Below are positions 17,153 through 24,840 of a stretch of DNA of 26,701 nt, piece after piece. The first letter of the stretch is position 1; every line of letters starts with the position of its first letter. Both the position numbers and the translations under genes were made by a program. This DNA is from Nannocystales bacterium (lineage in GTDB: Bacteria > Myxococcota_A > Polyangia > Nannocystales > Nannocystaceae), in contig JBOEGF010000030.1 in assembly GCA_050633305.1 (NCBI GenBank), forward strand, positions 1 to 26,701, in the 5' to 3' direction. The notes beneath the pieces were generated by a model. That model ran no database searches and was not told the DNA's origin. It was given only the letters and a program-made list of their open reading frames with translations.

Positions 17153-18517
17153 GTGGAGACTTCGGTGCCCAAGCAGGACTCGCGGCGTATGGTCTGGACA
17201 GCCGGATGCTGGCTCGGAGCCGCGCTCGCGGTTGCGTGCAGCCCAGGCGAGTTCGAGTGCCAAGACGACTCGATGTGCGGTCGGAGCGGGTCTTGCGAGC
17301 CCAACGGGTTCTGCAGCTTTTTCGACCCTGACTGTCCTTCGGGTTGGCGATATGGGGAGCACGCAGCGCCGTCCCTCGCCTCCACCTGCGTCGTCCCACC
17401 GACACAGACGGACGGCGAGACGGAGTCTCCTCCCCCCGTTGAAACGACCGATGCGTCGTCTTCGACGGGCGCGTTTGATCCCGGCTCGTCCTCAGAGACG
17501 ACGGATGAGCCGGTGGTCGATGCGGGGGGGAGCACGACCGAGTCGGAATCTGGGGTCGAGGTCGATGGCGAGCGCATCGAGTTGCCCGAGGGGTGGGACG
17601 CGGGCGTGTGGTTCGACTTCTCCGACGCGTTCACGTTCGACCCCGCCGCCTTCCCTGATCCACCGTCGACGACCTATAGCAACCTGCCCCAAAACCTCTT
17701 CGTACTTCCGGATGCGTTCCCGGGCGAACTCGGCATCGTCACGGCACATACGCTCATCGAGCTCGGAGAGGAGTACGCCGAACGCAACTTCTACGACATC
17801 ACCGGGGCAGGCCCATATGCGATGTGGCAAGGCGTGGATTGCTCCGGGTTGAACGCGATGCCGGCCGCAGTGTGCGTGGGTGCGGGCGCGTTGGGAGCCA
17901 ATGGTGATGGCGTGTTCGTCGTCGATCCGAGCTGGACGATGTCCGCGTTGTCCTCGCTCAACAACAGCAATGCGCTGGGTTTCGATCCCGCTGGGCTGTT
18001 CGACGGCGTGGGTGAACCGACGCTCTACATCGGGACACCGTCGAATCTGATGCGCTACCCGGCCGACCCGATCCTCGGTTCGAGCCTACGACCCCGGCAG
18101 GTGCTCGTGGACGGTTCTTTCGCCATGATTCGCGACAACCTCGAGGTCGGCTTGCAGCAGCTGGTGGTGTTTGCTTCGTCCGTTCGTGAACCGAGCGTCT
18201 TCAAGAACCAGCCGCTGCCCGAGGTCGTGCTCAGCGCCCAGAACCCGGGCGCTCTCGAGATCGTCACGGGCGATCCCGCGGCCTTCGGAGGCTACCTGCA
18301 CGCCATCGTCGATACGCATCGACTCGTCGAGTTCGGCGCGGACGGGGCAGAGACGGAGCTGGCCGAGTCCGACCCGCAGCGGGGGTGGCGTTGGGCCTCG
18401 GCCGTGGTTCCGCCGCTGTCTCACCCGTTGGCGGACGGTCGGACCACCTTCTACGTGCTCGAGTCCAATCGTGACCTCGACGTCGACCGCGTGATCTGGA
18501 TCCGTCCGCCGCTGTAG
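17153..18517 (+). CDS. Lipoprotein with six-Cys module, Ser/Thr linker and beta-rich (possibly propeller-like) C-terminal domain
   Basis: Lipobox AVA-C then FECQDDSMCGRSGSCEPNGFCSFFDPDCPSGWRYG; C-terminal fold is a guess. Confidence 0.7.
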   Translation: METSVPKQDSRRMVWTAGCWLGAALAVACSPGEFECQDDSMCGRSGSCEPNGFCSFFDPDCPSGWRYGEHAAPSLASTCVVPPTQTDGETESPPPVETTDASSSTGAFDPGSSSETTDEPVVDAGGSTTESESGVEVDGERIELPEGWDAGVWFDFSDAFTFDPAAFPDPPSTTYSNLPQNLFVLPDAFPGELGIVTAHTLIELGEEYAERNFYDITGAGPYAMWQGVDCSGLNAMPAAVCVGAGALGANGDGVFVVDPSWTMSALSSLNNSNALGFDPAGLFDGVGEPTLYIGTPSNLMRYPADPILGSSLRPRQVLVDGSFAMIRDNLEVGLQQLVVFASSVREPSVFKNQPLPEVVLSAQNPGALEIVTGDPAAFGGYLHAIVDTHRLVEFGADGAETELAESDPQRGWRWASAVVPPLSHPLADGRTTFYVLESNRDLDVDRVIWIRPPL

Positions 18518-18586
18518 ATCTCGTGTAAACTCTGCGGCGACCGAGATGCCGCACTCCGACTACGCCTGCAGGGAATCGCCGCGCGC

Positions 18587-19030
18587 ATGAGCAGCGGGCC
18601 CACCCGAACCGTCGAACGCGACGTGCAGTCGAGCACGCAGGCCGCGACGGCGCGCCTGGTGTTCGTGCATCCTCCCGAACGGGAGACGGCGATCGATCTT
18701 CGGCTGGGTGCGACGACGATCGGTCGCGAGGCAGCCGACGGGGTCGCGGTCGTTCCCCATGCCGCGGTGCCTCGCCGTCATCTGCTGATCGAACGCACGG
18801 GTGCGGCGGTTGTCGTCTCTGACCAGGGAAGCCACAACGGAACCTGGCGCGGGGGTGTCCGCCTGCGGGGGGCGCCCACGCCCCTGGGGCATGGCGACGT
18901 GCTGCGTTTGGGCGATGTCAGCGGGGTCGTGGAGATCGCGGGCGACGGCGACGCCCCCCACACACGACTTCCAGACTGGTCTCTCCCCCCCCCCCCGCGA
19001 TATCCCCGGACCGCTGCGGACGTTGCATGA
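18587..19030 (+). CDS. FHA-domain protein, probably a truncated regulator
   Basis: TTIGRE, VPRRH, DQGSHNGT, LGHGDVLRLGD; the conserved SRxH serine reads Pro; degenerate tail over a C12 run. Confidence 0.7.
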   Translation: MSSGPTRTVERDVQSSTQAATARLVFVHPPERETAIDLRLGATTIGREAADGVAVVPHAAVPRRHLLIERTGAAVVVSDQGSHNGTWRGGVRLRGAPTPLGHGDVLRLGDVSGVVEIAGDGDAPHTRLPDWSLPPPPRYPRTAADVA

Positions 19031-19033
19031 GTC

Positions 19034-19918
19034 GTGAAGACATTGATTCCTACGCTTACCGTGCCGCTTTCGGTGCTGCTGACAACCGCCTGTGGTTCCG
19101 CCGTTGCCGACAACGCCGACGGCACAACCAGCGGAAGTGGTGCTTCCGTGGAGACCTCCGAGTCCTCGAGCTCGGGCGACGTGCTCACGCCCCAAACCAC
19201 CACGGGCGGGTCGACGTCAGGCGAACCCGCTAGCAGCTCCTCAGACACCACAACCGGGCTGACAACCTCCGCCGAGTCTTCGTCCACCGGGGCCCCCGTA
19301 TTCTGCGGCTCTCCCCTCCTCGACCCCGACGACCGCCTCCAGCTCGCAAACGCCCCAACGCGCGGCAATCCGGACGCTCTGGTCACGCTGGTGGTCTGGA
19401 CCGGCTATGCCGACCCGTTCTCGCGCTCGCTGCAGAGCACGTTGTCGGGGCTGGCGGACGGACCGCTCGGCGACGAGCTTCGTATCGTCTCCAAGCAGAT
19501 GCCGCTGCCGTTTCAGGACCCCCGCAGCCGGCTCGCGCGGGCCGGCCTCGCCGCCCACGCGCTGGGGTTGTACTGGCCATTCCACGACGCCATGTTTGCC
19601 GCCGAGGATGACCTCGAGCCGGACGTCGTCGACGCGATCGCGCTCGACGTGGGCCTCGACCTGGACGCCTTTCAGACCGCGATGGACAGCCCCGAAGTCG
19701 CCGAGCAGCTTGCTGAGGACATGGCATTGTTCGCGGCCGTCGGTGGCAAGGGCACGCCGTCCAGCGTCGTCAACGGCCAATTTCTCTCGGGCGCCCAGCC
19801 GCCGGAGGTGTTCGAGGAAGCCGCCGAGTCTCAGCGCGCTGCGATGGAGGAACTCATCAACGACGGCGTCCCGGCATGCGTCGCGTTCGAGCAACGCCTC
19901 GACGACCAACTGCCGTAA
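19034..19918 (+). CDS. DsbA-like thioredoxin-fold lipoprotein lacking CxxC
   Basis: Lipobox TTA-C; APTRGNPDALVTLVVW, KQMPLPF, YWPFHDAMF, GTPSSVVNG, SGAQP; the active-site position reads ADPFS. Confidence 0.82.
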   Translation: MKTLIPTLTVPLSVLLTTACGSAVADNADGTTSGSGASVETSESSSSGDVLTPQTTTGGSTSGEPASSSSDTTTGLTTSAESSSTGAPVFCGSPLLDPDDRLQLANAPTRGNPDALVTLVVWTGYADPFSRSLQSTLSGLADGPLGDELRIVSKQMPLPFQDPRSRLARAGLAAHALGLYWPFHDAMFAAEDDLEPDVVDAIALDVGLDLDAFQTAMDSPEVAEQLAEDMALFAAVGGKGTPSSVVNGQFLSGAQPPEVFEEAAESQRAAMEELINDGVPACVAFEQRLDDQLP

Positions 19919-20151
19919 CGAGGTCGAGCGAACCGTCGTGCCCAGGTGCTCAAGGCCCCGGGGCCGCGGACCACGAGAATCTCGAGCTTGGCGGCGACCT
20001 GATCGCGGCCATCGTGGTGGTCGAAGACGAAACGCTCCTGGTCCCTGGCGGTGACGGGCTCACGGCGCTGCGCGTGCGGTGATCGCCCCGGGGCCGGAGC
20101 AACCCATGGCCTGAGGGGCGTGCGCGTAGGGGGGTGCCACTCTCTCGCCCC

Positions 20152-20547
20152 ATGCACCGCGCGATCGCCCTCATCGCCCACGACGAGAAGAAGCCCGGGC
20201 TGATCGCCTTCGCACGCGCACACGCCCAGCGCCTCGCCGAGCACCCGCTGGTGGCCACCTGCACCACGGGCAAGTTGCTCGTCGCCGAGACCGGTCCGCA
20301 CGTCGAGGCGCTGCTCTCGGGGCCGCTGGGCGGTGATCAGCAGATCGGTGCGCGCGTCGCCGAGGGGCGCATCCTCGCGGTTGTGTTCTTCCGCGACCCG
20401 CTTACGGCCCAGCCACACGAGCCCGACGTCTCCGCGCTGATGCGGATCTGCGACGTGCACGACGTCCCGCTGGTGACGAACCGGGCGGGCGCCGAGGCCC
20501 TGATGCCGTGGTTGGCCACGCTCGCGTCGCCCGACCCCGCCGGCTGA
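20152..20547 (+). CDS. mgsA: Methylglyoxal synthase
   Basis: IALIAHDEKK, SGPLGGDQQIGA, FFRDPLTAQPHEPDVSALMRICDVHDVPLVTN. Confidence 0.95.
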   Translation: MHRAIALIAHDEKKPGLIAFARAHAQRLAEHPLVATCTTGKLLVAETGPHVEALLSGPLGGDQQIGARVAEGRILAVVFFRDPLTAQPHEPDVSALMRICDVHDVPLVTNRAGAEALMPWLATLASPDPAG

Positions 20548-20764
20548 GCGAGCGTGTCGATCATGGCCATCCCGTCAGCACCACGTCGAGGCGCCGCTGG
20601 GTCACCCTCTCCCAGGCCGCCGCATCCTCGGGCCGGACCCCGTCGCGTCCCATCGCCTCCCAGTCCGCACCCGCCGAGCCCAGGCCGAGCCACTCCAGGG
20701 GAGACCAGTCTGGAAGACATGTTCTGTGAAACGGCCGGGCGCCGCGGTCGACCCCTGCGGTGCA

Positions 20765-20944
20765 ATGTAGAGCCCCCGAAACCTCTATCCTGACACCACG
20801 CTGTACATCACGGTCGGCGCTGTTCGCCGCAGCTACCGCCTCGTCCCCAAGAATCGCGTCAATCGCGTCATCCACTATGCCTTCGCGGTCGTGTCCTCAA
20901 GGTACAGGGAAGAATGGGGCATGGAGTTCTATGAGTTCGAGGCG
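20765..20944 (+). pseudogene. N-terminal remnant resembling a Y1/RAYT-like HUH transposase
   Basis: Manual translation M*SPRNLYPDTTLYITVGAVRRSYRLVPKNRVNRVIHYAFAVVSSRYREEWGMEFYEFEA, ending where the SNHxH motif would be expected. Recognition from memory only. Confidence 0.45.
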
Positions 20945-20949
20945 TTTAA

Positions 20950-21311
20950 TTTATTCGCTTCGCCCGAGATCGTTGCGCCAGATACTCGGCCGACGCGGCT
21001 GGGCTGCCCGCGAGCGAGGGTCCCACGGCGGCTTCGCGAGAGCGCCGGCGCTGGCGACCTCGGTTGGCGTTGAGGCCTCGTCGGATCGCGGTCCGCAGCA
21101 ACCAGGCGCGAATGTCGTCGTGATGAGGGTCGAGAGGCTTCTCGCCGAGCGTGATGAACACCTCCTGCGCGAGCTCCTCCGCTTCAGCCCAGCCGGCACA
21201 GACCCGGGCCAGCACGCGCACAACGAGCGGTCGATATTGGCGGAATGCCGCCGCCAGCGCGTCAGGCCTGTCGCGCAACAGGGTCGCTCTGCATCGTTGT
21301 GAAGCCACCAT
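20950..21311 (-). pseudogene. ECF sigma factor fragment (region 2 only)
   Basis: AFRQYRPLVVRVLARVCAGWAEAEELAQEVFITL...IRAWLLRTAIRRGLN; stops at TTAAACGC with no region 4. Start uncertain. Confidence 0.75.
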
Positions 21312-21788
21312 ACATGTGGACACCGCGGGCCCGAGGTCTGTGACACCGGGTGGTCCGGCCCCAACGGAGCGCGGCCTCCGCGTGCGTGAGATCCGTACAA
21401 GAAGGGTACGTCGGCGGGGAACTCGGATGCTCCCGTTGGGCCGCCCGATTGGCCCAACTACTTCGTGCCTCGAGACCTCCTCGTTCACAGAGGCCAGCGG
21501 GCCAGGCCCCGCGGCCGAGCCCGGTCTTGCGCCGATCCACCTTTGGCCGCTATCCGGCGGGGATCGGCGAGTCAGATTCCGGTTGTGTAAAGGCCGGCGC
21601 AGGTCCAGAACGTCGGGGCGACACACGAGCCCGGGAAGGAGGTGTTGTTGCGCGCGGTCTGGACAATGAGGACGCCCTCGCCAAGGCTCACGCGGAGGAA
21701 GGCCCCGTCACCAGACTGGACTCCGTACCCGAAATCGTCCAGCTCGACGAGCCCCGACTTAGCCTGAGTGTTGCGCAACGTCAATCGC

Positions 21789-22091
21789 CCACCGCCGCGT
21801 CGGCCTGCGTCCGGACAACTCCTGCTGTTCTCGGCCCCGCGCTGAACGCTCAGGGCTCTGCCGGTGGATGCGCGCCGCTTTGCACCGCGCTGGTCTCGGC
21901 GTGCCTGGGTTTTGGCCCCGGTGGCTGCGCGTTGCGCTTCGGGCCCGCCTTTGGGCCCCTATGCCTCTGCTCTGCCAGGCTCAGCCCAAATCCACAGCCG
22001 GCCGCTGGCCCGCTGCGCAACGACCGCGCTCGCTGGCAGGAAGCCGTACTCCTCCGCCCCTGCTTTTTTCCATTTCATTCCGCTTAACCGC
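21789..22091 (+). mobile_element. Second IS91-like 3' end (diverged paralogue of 1967-2268)
   Basis: Encodes PPPRRPASGQLLLFSAPR* versus PPPRGPVSGQLPLFSATS*; shared blocks GCTGGTCTCGGCGTGCC, AATCCACAGCC, CCGCTGGCCCGCTGCGC, CCGTACTCCT; ends CGCTTAACCGC. Confidence 0.78.
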
Positions 22092-22303
22092 AGAAGCTGC
22101 ACACATCGGTCATCCTCCCAATCGTGGAGGATCCACGACAAGACGTAGGCGTCGGCGGAGGGTAGAGGATCGTTGAATGCATCCAGTGCGCTCAACGTGG
22201 CTCGTGGTCGCTGCGCATCCCCCATCGCAGGCGCATTGGCGGCGATGACCTCGGGTCGGTCGATGAGGGTTCCGCGTAGTTTCGGAGTTGCGGTGAGGAT
22301 CGC
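22092..22303 (-). pseudogene. Internal fragment of a SAM-dependent O-methyltransferase
   Basis: AILTATPKLRGTLIDRPEVIA...DAFNDPLPSADAYVLSWILHDWEDDRCVQLL; bracketed by TCCGCTTAACCGC at 22079-22091 and 22304-22316. Confidence 0.85.
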
Positions 22304-22505
22304 TCCGCTTAACCGCTAACCGCCGAGGCCGAGGCATAGGGTGACAGCGAGCAGTGTACGGGGAGACTGGTGCGGCATCGCTGGGGTTGTTCCGCCCCAG
22401 GCCGAGCGGTTTAAGCGTTCCCGAGAAATTGTTTCGGCCCCAGGCGCAGCGCAACGCGACACGGCAGATAGACCCGCTGGTGCTTCCGAGATACCCTCGT
22501 CAGGG

Positions 22506-24005
22506 ATGCGCAACCTTGGACCTGCCGGCGTCGTCGTCGTCGTCGGAGCGGCGTGCTCTCAGGCCCAGCCGGCGAACGAGACTCCGAGCACCGGTGGGGG
22601 GAACTCGTCATCGCTGACCGGAGACCCGGTCTCGACCTCTGGCGCAGAGGATTCAAGCGAGACCTCGTCCGCCAACTCGACCACGCTTTGGACGACCACC
22701 GACGCGATGAGTTCGAGCAGCGACGGATCGACCGGGGGCCCTCCGCCCGTCGTTTCGTGGTCTCCGGCGGTGTTGGACTACCAGTTGCGGTGCAAGTTGA
22801 TCTCGGGCGCGGACATCGAAGATCCGACCGCAAACGATACGCACCACCGGGCAAACCTGCGAGGGACCGATCTCGGCATCCCGCTGGTGGTGGACGATCA
22901 GCTGCTGTTGTTCTTCGGGGATACACAGGGCTATCGGACGATCTGGATGCCGGGTGAAGACCCCGACACTGTCGGGCGGGTAGACGCTGCGCAGGCGCGT
23001 GAGGACCCCGGTGTGTTGTGCGACAGCCTCGAGTTCTTGCTGACCGCCGACGACCCCTCCGTCGCCGCTGCGAGCGACCCGTCGATCCTGCGCGACTTCG
23101 CGGCGAGCACGATGCTCGTCCCACCAGGGGAAGTGCTCTCGGACTACATCGGCGATTCACCGCCTCCGTTTCCGAACATCCCGGGAACCTTCGAAGTCCC
23201 AACCGGGGCACTTCGGATCGGCGACGATGTCTACACCTGGTGGGCTGGGAAGACGACCTTCGACCCGCGACCGCAGATGACGTTGAGCTACCTCGCGCGC
23301 TGGGATCGACCTCGCACGCTTCCCAACCACCAGATCATCCGGCCTTTCGACGCGCTGGAGGGGGGCGCGCTGGGGGGCCACTTTCTGCAAGCGTGGCCGA
23401 TCGTGCTGCAAGAGTCCGTGTACGTGCTGGGCACGGGCGACTATCGATTCGGCGGTGTGTCGCTGATGCGCTTCCCCGTGGCGGAAATCGAGACGGGAGA
23501 CGAAGCGGCGGTGTTCGACCCTTCGAGCGGAACTTGGGTCGACACCGCAGGGGCGGATCCCGGTGGGCTCGGGTCGATTCCCACGTTGTTCGAGGACGAC
23601 GGCGTCGGCGAACTCGGCGGCGTGTTCTTGGAGGCGTCGGGCGTCTTCATCGTGATGTACCAGCGCGAGCTGCACGACCGTGGTGGTGCAGTCATCGACA
23701 ACCGCGTCGTGTTGCGGACCGCCGCGCAGCTCGAGGGCCCGTGGAGCGACGCGGTGACGGTCATCGACATGGCGGACCCCGCGTTCACCGCCCAGCATTG
23801 CTGCGGGGCGGATGGGTGCCAGGGCAACCAGATCTTGAACTGCTTCGTCGCGGGGCTCTATGCGATCTATCCGCTGCCGTCCCCGACCGTAACCACCGGC
23901 GACGACGGCACCCTCGACGTGGACTTGGCGTTCGTGGCGTCGACGTGGAACCCCTACAACGTCGTGCTGTTCGAGACCCAGGTCGAGATCACGCCCGGGT
24001 TCTAG
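22506..24005 (+). CDS. DUF4185-like lipoprotein (putative beta-propeller glycoside hydrolase)
   Basis: Lipobox GAA-C, Ser/Thr linker, GTDLGIP...LLLFFGDT, VPTG, VGELG, LRTAAQLEGPWS, GLYA, STWNPYNV. Confidence 0.75.
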   Translation: MRNLGPAGVVVVVGAACSQAQPANETPSTGGGNSSSLTGDPVSTSGAEDSSETSSANSTTLWTTTDAMSSSSDGSTGGPPPVVSWSPAVLDYQLRCKLISGADIEDPTANDTHHRANLRGTDLGIPLVVDDQLLLFFGDTQGYRTIWMPGEDPDTVGRVDAAQAREDPGVLCDSLEFLLTADDPSVAAASDPSILRDFAASTMLVPPGEVLSDYIGDSPPPFPNIPGTFEVPTGALRIGDDVYTWWAGKTTFDPRPQMTLSYLARWDRPRTLPNHQIIRPFDALEGGALGGHFLQAWPIVLQESVYVLGTGDYRFGGVSLMRFPVAEIETGDEAAVFDPSSGTWVDTAGADPGGLGSIPTLFEDDGVGELGGVFLEASGVFIVMYQRELHDRGGAVIDNRVVLRTAAQLEGPWSDAVTVIDMADPAFTAQHCCGADGCQGNQILNCFVAGLYAIYPLPSPTVTTGDDGTLDVDLAFVASTWNPYNVVLFETQVEITPGF

Positions 24006-24840
24006 ACCGCCCCTCGCAGGCTGACTTCCAGTACGACCGGTACCGCCGCGTTTCGGCTCTCCTACCCCGGGGCGAAAAATCCTTCGCGATCCGCCGCTCC
24101 GGGTTCTTCCTCAACCTGCTAGTGTCCTGAGTCCGTAGCGTCGAGAAAAAGTTAGGCTTCCTCGCCGAGGTCGAGGAGCGTCTGACAGTGACGCTGGACA
24201 GCGGCGATGATCTGGTCGGCGGACTTGGTCCAAATGAAGGGCTTCGGTTCCTCGTTGTGTTGGTCGATGAACTCACGGACAGCGTCCTCGAGTTCTTTGG
24301 TGGAGCGATGAACGCTCCTTCTCAGGGCGCGTTCGGTCAGCATCGCAAACCATCGCTCCACCTGGTTCAGCCACGAGCTGTAGGTCGGGATGAAGTGGAA
24401 GTGGAATCGCTTGTTGCGTTTGAGCCACCGCTGGATCTCGGGTGCGGAGTGCGTCGCGTAGTTGTCCATGATGAGGTGGACTTCGAGGTGCTCCGGGACC
24501 TCGCGTTTGATCTTGTTGAGGAACTTCCGGAACTCGACTGCTCGGTGCCTGGGATAAGTCTGTCCAAGAACAGACCCGGTCGCGACGTCGAGCGCGGCAA
24601 AAAGGGTCGTGGTCCCGTGGCGAAGATAGCTCGGCGTCTTTCGCTCGGGCTTTCCGAAGATCATCGGTAAGACCGGCTGCTTGCGTTCCTGCGCCTGGAT
24701 TTGAGACTTCTCGTCGACGCAAAGTACGACTGCGTTGTCGGGTGGACTCATGTACAAGCCGACGACGTCGCGTACTTTTTCGACGAAGAAGTCGTCGGTA
24801 CTCAACGTGAAGGTCGACTGACGGTGGGGCTGGAGTTTGA

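Noticed and set aside
21320..21788. Possible further transposase or gene fragments upstream of the second IS91-like end
   Set aside because: No motif that I could recognise with confidence in any frame.
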